Shown here in pieces: positions 18,504 to 28,794 of a stretch of DNA of 64,000 nt. The notes below the pieces were generated by a model. That model saw nothing but the letters and a program-made list of their open reading frames with translations, was not told where the DNA came from and did not search any database. Positions within the stretch are counted from its first letter, which is position 1; the number at the start of each line of letters is the position of its first letter. The stretch covers positions 64,001-128,000 of the IMG/VR virus record IMGVR_UViG_3300035698_026482. One strand, written 5' to 3'. The position numbers and the translations under genes were made by a program. The stretch comes from a virus.

Positions 18504-19136
18504 TTATTTTCCCCACCTAAGCACTTCATTCAGGATCCTATCAACGCGAACGTCCTTCGTAAAGCGTTCTTTCTTAAGTTGCTGAATTTCTGCAGATGTA
18601 ACCTCGCGACCCTCTTTCATGATGAAAGCATTTGGTGTACTGGGCTCTGACACTACATCCCAACAAATTAGTTGAAAATCATCCTGTACGATTGTCCTGC
18701 CGCCCTCATCTTTTGTTGAACCTACACCTCTGCTAGAAATACCAATCGTTACACCTGCTTCGACAAGTCCCTTCAGGATGTTTCCAGCGGGAGTAGGTAA
18801 TACCTCAACGGCGCCCCAAACAACACCCTCAGAGTCAATCGTCGCTTCACGTATGATGTGTGAAGCGTTCTTTAGCTCGACAACGCTAGAATCTGGATGA
18901 TCTAATTCGCCCAGGGCTCTATTTTCAACAATGAACTTTTGATAGTTGGCAATTTCTGCCTCCAAAACAGCACGTGGATAAATTCGACCGTTTTGATTTA
19001 GGACATCAGCTTTTTGCAAAATGCCCCGCATAATGAAAGGACCCCCTTTCTTTTTTTGCTCATCGATACGCTCGTATTTGAATGGTGACCATTCCCTAAG
19101 AATGCGCATTACATTTGGTTTATCTGTGTCACTCAT
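18504..19136 (-). CDS. Prohead protease (T4 gp21-like)
   Basis: ADVLNQNGRIYP, ALGELDHP, ASHII, GISSRGVGS, WDVVSEPSTPNA. Confidence 0.93.
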   Translation of the reverse strand: MSDTDKPNVMRILREWSPFKYERIDEQKKKGGPFIMRGILQKADVLNQNGRIYPRAVLEAEIANYQKFIVENRALGELDHPDSSVVELKNASHIIREATIDSEGVVWGAVEVLPTPAGNILKGLVEAGVTIGISSRGVGSTKDEGGRTIVQDDFQLICWDVVSEPSTPNAFIMKEGREVTSAEIQQLKKERFTKDVRVDRILNEVLRWGK

Positions 19137-19990
19137 TTCTGTAACTCGTCCTTTAGTTCACAAAGCTTAAGAAATCGCGCAATTGAACCATCATCCAACT
19201 TGTTGATATCGAGAGCTGTAATATTGTCACATGCTTCGTTGATCTTCTTTAACGAAAATTTATCGCTAGTGGGAAGCGTGCCAGCATAATGACTAAGCGC
19301 CTTAAGCGCCAGTTCTCTCATCTCCTTAAGATCTGACTTAAGCTTGTCTGTGACACCTTCAAATGTGTAACGGCCTAAAATTGAACGTTGTTCAGCATTT
19401 AACTTATTTGCATAATGCTCATTCAATTTTTGAATCATAAGCTTAATAACAAGCGCATCGGCCTCCGGGTCAGGCTTATGATCTAGTACAACGGCCTGTT
19501 CAACCAACAGCCGTTCATGTAACTTTTTCTCATAGTCGGCAATTCTACCGATATTCGGGACACCGGTAGTACGCCAATCCTCAAATAGCGTTTGAATTGT
19601 AGCATAGGTTTTGTATTCAGGTACACCTATGCTATAAAAATCCATTCCAAACGTATGATTTAGTTCACGAATCAAAAGCGATTTTTCTCGATCAAGTTTA
19701 ACTCGATCATAGCGCCGAACGGCATCCCTTGTTTCGCGAATAATCGCATTTGCAACAGTTTCATCAACGCCAGAGGTTTTCACAAGCGCATTCATAAGGC
19801 GCCACTCACGATAAAGCTCTGTGCCAGGCTTAAACCGTCGTCTAATGATTGACAACGCACGATCAGATGTAGGTTTATGCTCCTTAAGCACACCATCAAT
19901 CATATGTCGAATGAGAAATTCATAGAGAAGCCCACTGTTTCTCTTTTTCTGGTGTTTTCGGCCCTTATAATGCAGTTTATTCTTTGACAT
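19133..19990 (-). CDS. Hypothetical helical protein between portal and protease (start revised to ATG 19990)
   Basis: KHQKKRNSGLLYEFLIR...LDREKSLLIRELNHTF...YKTYATIQTLF; 4-nt overlap with the protease start. Confidence 0.75.
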   Translation of the reverse strand: MSKNKLHYKGRKHQKKRNSGLLYEFLIRHMIDGVLKEHKPTSDRALSIIRRRFKPGTELYREWRLMNALVKTSGVDETVANAIIRETRDAVRRYDRVKLDREKSLLIRELNHTFGMDFYSIGVPEYKTYATIQTLFEDWRTTGVPNIGRIADYEKKLHERLLVEQAVVLDHKPDPEADALVIKLMIQKLNEHYANKLNAEQRSILGRYTFEGVTDKLKSDLKEMRELALKALSHYAGTLPTSDKFSLKKINEACDNITALDINKLDDGSIARFLKLCELKDELQK

Positions 19991-20092
19991 AATCGTATTA
20001 TTTCCCGGCTCCTGCGGCAAACGATTTTTTATTAGAAATCATTGTTATATATGACTCGATATGGCAAATCGTGTTCGTTGTATACTGCATCG

Positions 20093-23000
20093 TTAATCAT
20101 CCGATAGATCTAAATCAAAATCGATGGTAAAATCAGACCCATCGTTCGTATCATTTTCATCGTGCTTGCCAAGCTTTGACTCATCAGAACCTTCAATTAG
20201 TTGATTAACTAGATCAGTGGTTGAATCTGATCCCTCAGTGAGAAGTCCCTCTTCCTCATCACCTTCACGCATTCTGGCTAATTCCGGCGCGAACTCTTCT
20301 TCTAATTGATTAAGCACTGACTGTAGCGCCCCTGTAATACGAGGGGCAGCTGGGGCCCTATCATCCTCGGCACCAATAAGGTAACCATCAAGCTCTGCAA
20401 GGGCAGATAATTGTTGCTCTAATAGACGTCGAGCCGGATCATTGGGATGCATTTGCTCAAGCTTTATGCTGAGGGCGTTCTTGAACGGGCTTTCAAGTGG
20501 ATTACCAAATGGATCTTGTTGCGGATCGTCAATTATATTAACCATCTTTCCAAAATCGGGCGTAACCATTGCCTCAGCGCCATGCCGGCGATGACGTGAA
20601 CGATTATATTGCTTCTTCTTCATTTCTGGACTTACGTTAATAGGCCTGTCGTCATCGCTATCCGTCAATGAAGGTTTTTTCTTTTTATCTGTTTTTAGCG
20701 GATCCTGTTCGCCTAGAATCGATCCTGCCTTAACTTGACCAGCAAAAAGATCTTCTTCATCATCGCCACCAGCATCATCAACGGCTTCATCATCGCCACC
20801 GAGATCATCGCCGCCAAAATCGTCACCGCCGAGATCATCACCGCCTTCGACGTCATCTAAACCATCTTCTGGCATATCGAAATTGCCGCCGTCAAAGCCT
20901 CCACTCCCGGCGCCACCGAAGCCAACGCTTTCCGGAACTGCGCCTTCGCTGATCTTTGTAAGGGCCGCTCGACGCTGAATATCATCAACGACTTCTTCTG
21001 CAAGCTCCTTCTGTTGCTGTTCAGACATATCCATAAGCGTTCTCAACAGGTATTGCTGTGAGAATACTTGGCCGTCGGCGATGCCCAATGCGTTGCCAAT
21101 CACTTCAAATTTGCGATTGTATAGCTCTAGTTTCTGTTGCTGCGCAATTGTAGATGGGTTATTGAGGCGCAGCTCGAAATCAAACATATCGTCGCCCTCA
21201 TATCCGTTAAGGAAGAGGTGCACGTATGCAAGCATTTGTAGTTCTGCGGTAATAACCTTTTGAATCGCCTGTACGGTTCTGGAAAAACGAATGTCTTCGG
21301 CCGCAAGCGTGGCTTTCGATGATAGCATCTCGTCGTATCCCAAGTATGCTCTAGGGATCTTTAATGCGGCGAAAAGCTTCTTTTGAATATACTCAACGTC
21401 CTCGGTGGCCGAGACATGTTGACCGCCTGCGAGGGTCGTGATCTCTGTACCGCTTTCTGTGCCACGCCGAGGTACAAAATAATCTTCGTCAACAGAGTTG
21501 TGTAAGTATATGAAATCATTACATTTTTCAATATCATCCACACACTCGCTAGAGGGCCCTGCAGCAAAATTATGCCACTTTGTAATTGTGACGCAGCCGG
21601 TGTCTTCACGATGTTCGAGCCTTTCAACTCTTACGACCCTATGATTCTTATATCCTTCTGACGCTGTGTATCTAGCATTTCCAGGCATATATGTCTGTCT
21701 AAATTCATCAATATCGCAATCTGACTCACGAATTAATGTTTCAAGCATATGTCGAGACATATCGAATTGTCGTAAAACATCTGCACGGCGACAATTTTCT
21801 GTTGCTTCACAAAATTTTGTAATCTCCTTAATTTCAAATCGATTGCTTAACCAAGATTTTTTAAGATCAGATAGTGCTCGAGGAAAACCGGCTGATTTTA
21901 GTCTTGCCTGTAATGACGATCGTGTAAATCCTACTTTTCCATTTTTGAATATTGGATTTGTATTGTGCAGATGTTTCCCAAACTTTTTATGCGCATTGAG
22001 CAACGCAAGTAGTGTCTTTTCTTTCACAGAATATCCTGTTTTGTCGAGAATCTCAAAATAAGCAGAAATAAAACGATTGTTGTCAAATTGCAGTGTTAAT
22101 TTGTCGATTCGTTTTTTTCGAATATCAACATCTTTCCACAGATTAACAAACGTTTTAGGTGTAATAGACCCCTCTTCCCATGTTTTTTTCATCCTGCGGG
22201 CTGATGCTTTGCGACCCGCGGGGGATCTGTTGCGTTCTGCGGCAAGCTCACCATGCAAGCGCATATGGTCACGCCATGTCATAGTCTGCAAATTTTGAGG
22301 ATTATTGTTCATCTTATCAAAATCTATATGATGAACGATCTTGCCTTTTATCGTTTCAAATCCTTCTGTTTCAATAACATTATTGCGGTGTGTCGACACA
22401 TATTTTTTTGCAAAGGGATCATAGAATTTTTCATATCCCGTGATTTTATGACCATCCTCTTTTGATGTACGCGCAAGATATAGTGGCATTAACGGATCTC
22501 CTGCAACTAAATCCTCTGCCTTTCGATATGATCCATCACGAAGCATGAATCGATGATCAGGTGTGCAATCATACCATGTGCCGGTGTCAATATGAACACG
22601 AACAAGTTCTGCATTTTTACGCGTAATACCCGCCCATTCAATTTTGCCCGGGACAATCTTTTTATTCTCAATGTCAACAGAATAAACCCATTGATCCTTT
22701 TTTCCATCATTCCATTCATCAATCAATGTGCCAAGGGTTATTACCCTGCCATCCATCAATTTTATTAATGATTTCAAGCTGTTACAAAGCGGATTGTAGC
22801 GAAGATCAACGCGGCCTGTCGAACGATCAATGATTGTGTTAGAGCGCAGCTTAGCCTCCTGCTGCTTCATGTAGTTTTCGACTTCTTCTGGTGGCACACC
22901 ACCGACGTCAACATAAAAAATGCGACGTTCAGGTGAGCGTACAACGCGATAAACCATCATGGCATCCTCAATGAGGATTAGCTGCCGCCAAATTCTGCGA

Positions 23001-25150
23001 GCAGGCTCAATAACTGATGAACCATATGGTAGAAATGCATCGTTACCAAGCATCCTGAAGTGTGTCATTTGCCAGTTTTCTAAGGCGACATTACCCTGCG
23101 TGACCCAACGGAATCTAATGGCTTGAGGATCTTCTGGATCAAAGCCTTCCTCTCGTTCGATTTCATTTACAGGTACTGGAAAAGCTTGCAATACGCCGAA
23201 ACCTGGCGCAACATCATTGAACAGAAAGAAGTCACCATACTTGACAAGATTGCGGACCCACATGCGCAGGTTGAAATCAACGTTTAGCGTGTCGAAGAAT
23301 AGTTCTTCTAGTAATGATCGGATCTTACGATTGTCACTAAAGATGTGAAGGACGTTTCCCTTTTCATCTTGGCTAACTGATTCGTCTGCATAAATGTCAA
23401 GCGCGGCGCTGATCTCCGGTGTATATTCCATTTCGGAATTGTGTACAATAACGCCACTATTATCTTTTAGGATAATGGAGAAGTTATGATGTACTGGTAC
23501 TTCTATATCATAAACTGGTACAATATCGCCTGTTAGGCGTACCGCAACAATTTTGTGATTTTGATAACGTTCTGAAAAATCACCAAAATGCTTGTACCCT
23601 TCCCATTGAAGGCGCTTCCTAACTTTCCACGTGCTAGCATCAAGCTCTGAAGCTAGTTCGGCAAGCGTCATACCTTTTGTATAGTGATTAGCAATGCGCT
23701 GAAACGTTAATGTTTTATCGGCGTTGCCATTTTGAAGCTGAACCTGATCAGTTCTTCCCTTATTAAATCGACCGGGTTTAAATGTTTTATTGTATTCAAT
23801 AACACCATCGAGGTCCCTTCCAAAAAGATGGTTACCGTGTTGTGCACGCTTTTTCTGATTTAAATCATTATTTTCTCGAAGGTCTCCACCCGGAAGCCAG
23901 CGACTAGACATTATTTTTGATTGTTTCGCACGCTCAGCAGGATCTTCAAATCGTTTATTATTGATTTTAGCATGTAACGAAAGATGATCATGCGCAGTCA
24001 TAACACGCAAATTTTTATGAGTATTGTTATGAGGGTTAAAATCAACATGATGTACATGCATGTCACTTGGTTTTCCAAGCTGTTGACCAGACATCGACTC
24101 GGCAACAAGAACGTGTTCAGGCCTAAATTTACCAGTCCGTGGCGATCTTAACCAACGATATGTGCGATCACTTTTACCTTTTGATCCAAATTCCTTACGG
24201 GTAAATGGCATAATGGCCATATCTGGCTTAAGCTCGTCTACTCGTCTATATTCACCGCCACGAAGAAGGAACGGATGATTGCCAGTCGCACGAATAATCG
24301 ATCCGTCATCAAATTCAACTTCATAAACCCGGCGTTCGCCAGTCTTCCACGCTTTGGTAGGCGTGGAACTTACCAAATCGCCTGTTGCGTGATTATATGA
24401 AAAAACATCAATCTCTTCGCCATCGTTGAATCGCCTTACAAATTCATCAATACGAATTGAACCTTCTTCAGTATTTGTTGCAATTAATGTTTCGCTTGCG
24501 AGGCAAAAGTCGGCATAACGTGAGTTATGCACGATTATCGAATCAGTTGCAAAATTTTCATGGCCATCGACGGTTAGATCACCACAAACTTGCGTCGTGC
24601 AAGGTTCAACTGAAATAATCGTGTGATTTTGATACTCCGTCTTGAACTGTTTTCGATAAAACGGCATCATCGATTCACCAGGTCTTAAATCTTGTGCTTC
24701 TCGATAAGTTCCGTCACGAAGCATACATTCATGATCAGGCGTGCAAATTAACGTGTTACCGTCGTCGAACGTAACCTTTACGGTTTCTTTAATGCCGGAA
24801 CTGCGCGGGTGATGGGCCCATGCGGGAACAATTTGTTTTTTCTTATGATCATATGCATAAACAAGAAACTTTTCGCCCGAGTCGCCGAACTCAGCGATCA
24901 GTTGTTCAAGCGTTTTAAACTTCTCGGGGCCAGGAATAGCGATTTGTGTACTCAATGATACGCACAAACGATCGTATTGACCATATGCATTGATTGCGTT
25001 GCTATAGATAAAACTTTGTGTCTTACTAAAAAGCTCTAACGCTGTTGAAGTTGGAGGTTGTCTATAGTCTCGTACACGCCTCTTTACCGAAGTGGGAGAC
25101 TTGAAGATTCTACTGACCCGTGCGTACCAATTATTTTTAGCTTTGCTCAT
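20093..25150 (-). CDS. Portal protein (T4 gp20-like) precursor with three inteins; about 752 aa after splicing
   Basis: Exteins join to RLSRYADFSEMEYTPEISAALDIYADE...IEDAMMVYRVVRSPERRIFYVDVG...YNPLSVDEDYFVPRR...LFAALKIPRAYL...EDIRFSRTV. Confidence 0.93.
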   Translation of the reverse strand: MSKAKNNWYARVSRIFKSPTSVKRRVRDYRQPPTSTALELFSKTQSFIYSNAINAYGQYDRLCVSLSTQIAIPGPEKFKTLEQLIAEFGDSGEKFLVYAYDHKKKQIVPAWAHHPRSSGIKETVKVTFDDGNTLICTPDHECMLRDGTYREAQDLRPGESMMPFYRKQFKTEYQNHTIISVEPCTTQVCGDLTVDGHENFATDSIIVHNSRYADFCLASETLIATNTEEGSIRIDEFVRRFNDGEEIDVFSYNHATGDLVSSTPTKAWKTGERRVYEVEFDDGSIIRATGNHPFLLRGGEYRRVDELKPDMAIMPFTRKEFGSKGKSDRTYRWLRSPRTGKFRPEHVLVAESMSGQQLGKPSDMHVHHVDFNPHNNTHKNLRVMTAHDHLSLHAKINNKRFEDPAERAKQSKIMSSRWLPGGDLRENNDLNQKKRAQHGNHLFGRDLDGVIEYNKTFKPGRFNKGRTDQVQLQNGNADKTLTFQRIANHYTKGMTLAELASELDASTWKVRKRLQWEGYKHFGDFSERYQNHKIVAVRLTGDIVPVYDIEVPVHHNFSIILKDNSGVIVHNSEMEYTPEISAALDIYADESVSQDEKGNVLHIFSDNRKIRSLLEELFFDTLNVDFNLRMWVRNLVKYGDFFLFNDVAPGFGVLQAFPVPVNEIEREEGFDPEDPQAIRFRWVTQGNVALENWQMTHFRMLGNDAFLPYGSSVIEPARRIWRQLILIEDAMMVYRVVRSPERRIFYVDVGGVPPEEVENYMKQQEAKLRSNTIIDRSTGRVDLRYNPLCNSLKSLIKLMDGRVITLGTLIDEWNDGKKDQWVYSVDIENKKIVPGKIEWAGITRKNAELVRVHIDTGTWYDCTPDHRFMLRDGSYRKAEDLVAGDPLMPLYLARTSKEDGHKITGYEKFYDPFAKKYVSTHRNNVIETEGFETIKGKIVHHIDFDKMNNNPQNLQTMTWRDHMRLHGELAAERNRSPAGRKASARRMKKTWEEGSITPKTFVNLWKDVDIRKKRIDKLTLQFDNNRFISAYFEILDKTGYSVKEKTLLALLNAHKKFGKHLHNTNPIFKNGKVGFTRSSLQARLKSAGFPRALSDLKKSWLSNRFEIKEITKFCEATENCRRADVLRQFDMSRHMLETLIRESDCDIDEFRQTYMPGNARYTASEGYKNHRVVRVERLEHREDTGCVTITKWHNFAAGPSSECVDDIEKCNDFIYLHNSVDEDYFVPRRGTESGTEITTLAGGQHVSATEDVEYIQKKLFAALKIPRAYLGYDEMLSSKATLAAEDIRFSRTVQAIQKVITAELQMLAYVHLFLNGYEGDDMFDFELRLNNPSTIAQQQKLELYNRKFEVIGNALGIADGQVFSQQYLLRTLMDMSEQQQKELAEEVVDDIQRRAALTKISEGAVPESVGFGGAGSGGFDGGNFDMPEDGLDDVEGGDDLGGDDFGGDDLGGDDEAVDDAGGDDEEDLFAGQVKAGSILGEQDPLKTDKKKKPSLTDSDDDRPINVSPEMKKKQYNRSRHRRHGAEAMVTPDFGKMVNIIDDPQQDPFGNPLESPFKNALSIKLEQMHPNDPARRLLEQQLSALAELDGYLIGAEDDRAPAAPRITGALQSVLNQLEEEFAPELARMREGDEEEGLLTEGSDSTTDLVNQLIEGSDESKLGKHDENDTNDGSDFTIDFDLDLSDD
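20758..20850 (-). repeat. Degenerate 15-nt tandem repeat encoding GGDD(L/F/E) in the portal C-terminal tail
   Basis: Protein EGGDDLGGDDFGGDDLGGDDEAVDDAGGDDEE. Confidence 0.7.
21497..22786 (-). mobile_element. Portal intein 3 with HNH endonuclease (430 aa)
   Basis: Begins CNSLKSLI, CTPDHRF, THR..IVHHIDFDKMNNNPQNL, ends IYLHN followed by Ser. Confidence 0.9.
23438..24505 (-). mobile_element. Portal intein 2 with HNH endonuclease (356 aa)
   Basis: Begins CLASETLI, ATGNHPF, EHVLVAE..HVHHVDFNPHNNTHKNL, VYDIEV, ends VIVHN followed by Ser. Confidence 0.92.
24524..24964 (-). mobile_element. Portal intein 1, mini-intein without endonuclease (147 aa)
   Basis: Begins CVSLSTQI, block B CTPDH, ends IIVHN followed by Ser. 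Confidence 0.9.
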
Positions 25151-25192
25151 GACGGACTTTTAATTATACCACGTCTGGATATGTTGGGTATA

Positions 25193-28087
25193 TCAGTTGA
25201 GCCAGTTTAAGCCGCCTAATCGCCGACGAATATGTTCTGGTAATCTTGCACCGTAATCTTTTTCAGCTTCGGGGTTTGTTGATTGGCGCTCTATTAACTC
25301 TTTTTCAGTCTTTGGTAGGTTGATTTTATCGAGCTCGGAAAACGCGCTCAAATATTGTGAAGATACAATCCCGCTATTTTTGCCTGGTGACTCATAAATT
25401 CCAGATGATTTATTTGTGCCATTCAGCATTGCATATGCCATTGCACGTGCAGATTCGTCAATATTTCCTAGCTTAAGAATTCTGACGCCGATTGCATAGC
25501 TCATTATGAGGTCATCGTGTTCGCCTCTAGAAGCTGCAGCCCTACCTTCCGCCTCAACGTTTTTACCTGGTTGCCAGACAAAGCTTTGCAGCTGATGAAT
25601 GAATCTTGCAGAATAGCTGCGAATCTGGCGATTACGAATAATGCCCTCCATATTCGATAGAAGTTCATTTCTTTTTTTCTTGCCCTGGTTGTTATATCCA
25701 GGAATATCATCAGGACCAGGATAAAAATTGGGGTTTCGTTCTTGTTGCTCGTAATACATCGACGGATAATCACGATGTTGTAGGACCGTGATCGTGTGAT
25801 GCCCGTATGTATTTTGCTCAGGTGCCATTAGGGCGTTGTTAAAGTGCCGTCCCCAATGATCCAGCAACTTACCAAAGCCATCTGGACGAATATGCCCCAT
25901 AAATTCTGCGACGACTTCGCCCTCATTGCTGTCAAACACATGAAATGTTGAATAATCACCGCCGCCATCGCCCCTTGCAACGTCTGCCGATATGATGTAA
26001 TGATGTCCCTGGACAGGTTCTTTCCAAATCCACACTTGACCCGCTGGTCCATCACGCCTAATTGGTGGTATAGCCATCGATTTCAGCCAAGCAATATCAT
26101 CACCTGACACGTATGTATCGCCAGAGCCTAGGAAGTCACAGTTGTGAACAATTAAAGATTCAACGATATATGTGTGATCGTCTTTTACTTCAAAGTTGTA
26201 AACGAAGCCATTATATTCTGACGGTGTTATTTGCACACGTCCTGCAAACATTTCATTAGATGTTGTCTTAACCAGCTTCGTTCTGCTACCCGCTTTTGTT
26301 TGATGCTTCTTTTGTGCAAGTATTTCGTGCATTTTCATGCCATCAACATTATTCAATTCTAGACACCATGGTTGATTTTTTACATGATGAATGCGCGGAT
26401 AACATCTAAACATTGACATCAATGTTCGCATTTGATATAGCAGCTTGCTCGAAGCAGAAGCTATTACAATTTTGTTTTCTGGAAAATGCGTCCCATCACC
26501 GTCTGCCCAACCTGCGATTAGTCCTCTTACAAACTCAACGTTTGTCTTGAGTAACAACTGCATATCGATTGATTTCTCAGTAGCATATGATCCCTTAATG
26601 AAGTATCTACATAATGCAGCAATGTAGTAATTGTGTGTTTGCAGATTAAAACTATTTGATTCGTTTGGTCGAAAATATTCTCTTACTCGGGTACCCAACG
26701 ATTTCATAAAGTTGCTCGCCCAGCCACCGTGTGTTGTCTGTTCATCTGCGTGAAATGCAAACTGTGTACACCACCCCGTCTTGTTTGCGCGTGTTATAGA
26801 CCCTTCTGCAAGGTACAATCCTATAAAGCGACCTAAGTCATAATCAATACCAATAAAACGTTGTGTGTGACCACGCTGATTTTCATAATGCGTTTTGTCT
26901 TTTGTTACAGCAGATGAAGGGTATAATTTAGATAGATCGATTTCGTGTAGTTCATTACTGAACTGAGTCTCTTTAAGTACAGGCATTAGCGCACATGCAA
27001 ATCTCGCACCGCGTGATGATTTTTTGTACTTCTCTAGTTTCGTATTTAGCGAATCAATTGATTCAAATTTCCAATCTAAATCTCCGCTTAAATCTGCCGT
27101 TCTAACGATACCGGCGCCTGAAGACATTAATATTGGGTGATTTCCTGTAACCGTAATATTAGCTTTACGGTTGCCAGGTACTGACACATCCCATACTGTT
27201 TCGCAAGGTTTTATCCTTCGCTTGTTTACCTTAACAACAGGGCGATAGTGTCCAGTATGTGTCAAGACGTTGTCGCCAACAGCAATATCCTCAACAAACC
27301 TATATCCTGTATCGGTGACAATCCTGGCGCCCTCGCCGACGCAGTCATACTCTTGTGCATAGTATCTTTTACTATACATCTTGCGCGTTTCTTCTTCCCA
27401 CTTTTCATCGCGCTCAGGATGGACATCCCATTTCAATTCAAACGGAACAAAATCATTCTTTTTTGAAACTGCGTCAACGTATGTTTTGTAAAAAAGGCCC
27501 GCAGCACCATTTGGTGATGAAAGCATGACTGCCGATCCACCTGCAGAAATGGATGGAAGAAGGGCAGCCCAGATTTTTTCAAATCCTTCAATGTGCGCAG
27601 CCTCATCAATGATGATAAATGAAGCCGCAATACCACGTCCCGCAGACTCAGAGCGCGGAATCGCGCGAATCTGTGAACCATTGGCAAACTTTATATGCTG
27701 TCGTGAATCGCCAGTCTTGGGTTTTAGAATAAGCCACTTTGGAAGTGATGCAAATGCAACCTTCACCTTATCCATAAACTCAACAGCTGTCGCTAGTTTT
27801 GTAGCGATACAGATGATGTTTTTATCTCGATAAAATATTGCAAGCCATAACGCGTATGCGGCAGTGGTTGTTGAAATACCCAGCTGACGTGACTTAAGAA
27901 TAATATTGAAACGTTTTTTTACTAACGAATCAATTACATCATCCTGAAAATCAAACGTGTTAAACGCAATTGTGCCACGCTGCGGATGCTGAATTTTTAC
28001 GTATCGATTGATAAAATACTTGGGATCTTTACCACACTTCAGAATCTCTTTTACTTGGTGATCCTTACTAAGGATTGGTGAAGCCAC
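25193..28087 (-). CDS. Terminase large subunit (T4 gp17-like) with one intein; about 563 aa after splicing
   Basis: LKSRQLGIST Walker A, FIIIDEAAHI Walker B, SSPNG, nuclease ADVARG..DYS, HDDLIM. Confidence 0.95.
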   Translation of the reverse strand: MASPILSKDHQVKEILKCGKDPKYFINRYVKIQHPQRGTIAFNTFDFQDDVIDSLVKKRFNIILKSRQLGISTTTAAYALWLAIFYRDKNIICIATKLATAVEFMDKVKVAFASLPKWLILKPKTGDSRQHIKFANGSQIRAIPRSESAGRGIAASFIIIDEAAHIEGFEKIWAALLPSISAGGSAVMLSSPNGAAGLFYKTYVDAVSKKNDFVPFELKWDVHPERDEKWEEETRKMYSKRYYAQEYDCVGEGARIVTDTGYRFVEDIAVGDNVLTHTGHYRPVVKVNKRRIKPCETVWDVSVPGNRKANITVTGNHPILMSSGAGIVRTADLSGDLDWKFESIDSLNTKLEKYKKSSRGARFACALMPVLKETQFSNELHEIDLSKLYPSSAVTKDKTHYENQRGHTQRFIGIDYDLGRFIGLYLAEGSITRANKTGWCTQFAFHADEQTTHGGWASNFMKSLGTRVREYFRPNESNSFNLQTHNYYIAALCRYFIKGSYATEKSIDMQLLLKTNVEFVRGLIAGWADGDGTHFPENKIVIASASSKLLYQMRTLMSMFRCYPRIHHVKNQPWCLELNNVDGMKMHEILAQKKHQTKAGSRTKLVKTTSNEMFAGRVQITPSEYNGFVYNFEVKDDHTYIVESLIVHNCDFLGSGDTYVSGDDIAWLKSMAIPPIRRDGPAGQVWIWKEPVQGHHYIISADVARGDGGGDYSTFHVFDSNEGEVVAEFMGHIRPDGFGKLLDHWGRHFNNALMAPEQNTYGHHTITVLQHRDYPSMYYEQQERNPNFYPGPDDIPGYNNQGKKKRNELLSNMEGIIRNRQIRSYSARFIHQLQSFVWQPGKNVEAEGRAAASRGEHDDLIMSYAIGVRILKLGNIDESARAMAYAMLNGTNKSSGIYESPGKNSGIVSSQYLSAFSELDKINLPKTEKELIERQSTNPEAEKDYGARLPEHIRRRLGGLNWLN
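26141..27343 (-). mobile_element. Terminase intein with LAGLIDADG endonuclease (401 aa)
   Basis: Begins CVGEGARI, VTGNHPI, FIGLYLAEGS and LIAGWADGDG, VYNFEV, ends LIVHN followed by Cys. Exteins join as AQEYDCDFLGSG. Confidence 0.92.
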
Positions 28088-28476
28088 TAGCCTACCTCAA
28101 CAATACCGTGGCACTTATAATACGCTGTTCTTACGGCCCGCAAAGGCGAAAACGTATTAATATCGATTTGTTCAACAACGGCCTCTAGATTTACAAGCTT
28201 AAGCTTGAGCGTTTTGCCGGTCGCTTCTTTAAATTGCTTTTTGACCTCCTTGAGATAGGCGTCAATCGCTTGTTCGCCGACGGCGCGCTGTTGTTGTAAA
28301 TGAGTTTGATGTAGATTGCCTTGATACGTGACAACTGTCGTGTACGTAATAAGAGCTGCTTCATCATCAGCCAACCTCATTTTGACGGACATTGTAGGCG
28401 TAGGGTTCGTCGAGCTGCGCCCCCAAGTCGTATCAAGGATTTGTCCTAATGCGTTTGTTTCTTCGAATGACAACAT
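28087..28476 (-). CDS. Hypothetical protein, translationally coupled to terminase
   Basis: 129 aa; TAG overlaps the terminase GTG by 1 nt; upstream ATACTTAT motif. Confidence 0.7.
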   Translation of the reverse strand: MLSFEETNALGQILDTTWGRSSTNPTPTMSVKMRLADDEAALITYTTVVTYQGNLHQTHLQQQRAVGEQAIDAYLKEVKKQFKEATGKTLKLKLVNLEAVVEQIDINTFSPLRAVRTAYYKCHGIVEVG

Positions 28477-28527
28477 CTGGTGTAACCTTCGTTGTCAATA
28501 AGTATCAAGTTTTTAGCAGTACGTACA

Positions 28528-28794
28528 TTATATCATTCCTAGCGCTTGAAGAACTGTCAGCACGTGTTCGTCTGTAGGCCTTTTGCCTTCATGCCATCTT
28601 GCTTCGGCAATCGCACCTCTAACAAACATATCTTTGCACCATGTGCAACAAGACCACGAATTAAAGGTCGCAAGATCTTCACGTGTTCCCATAACAAATT
28701 TGCACACAGGACAAGCTATCGGAATGCATTCACCGACATTCGCTGGTGTAACAACGATATATCCGTCGCATTTTTCAATTTTACGGTCTGTCAT
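28528..28794 (-). CDS. Small Cys-rich (zinc-ribbon) protein
   Basis: CPVC...CCTWC in 88 aa. Confidence 0.6.
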   Translation of the reverse strand: MTDRKIEKCDGYIVVTPANVGECIPIACPVCKFVMGTREDLATFNSWSCCTWCKDMFVRGAIAEARWHEGKRPTDEHVLTVLQALGMI

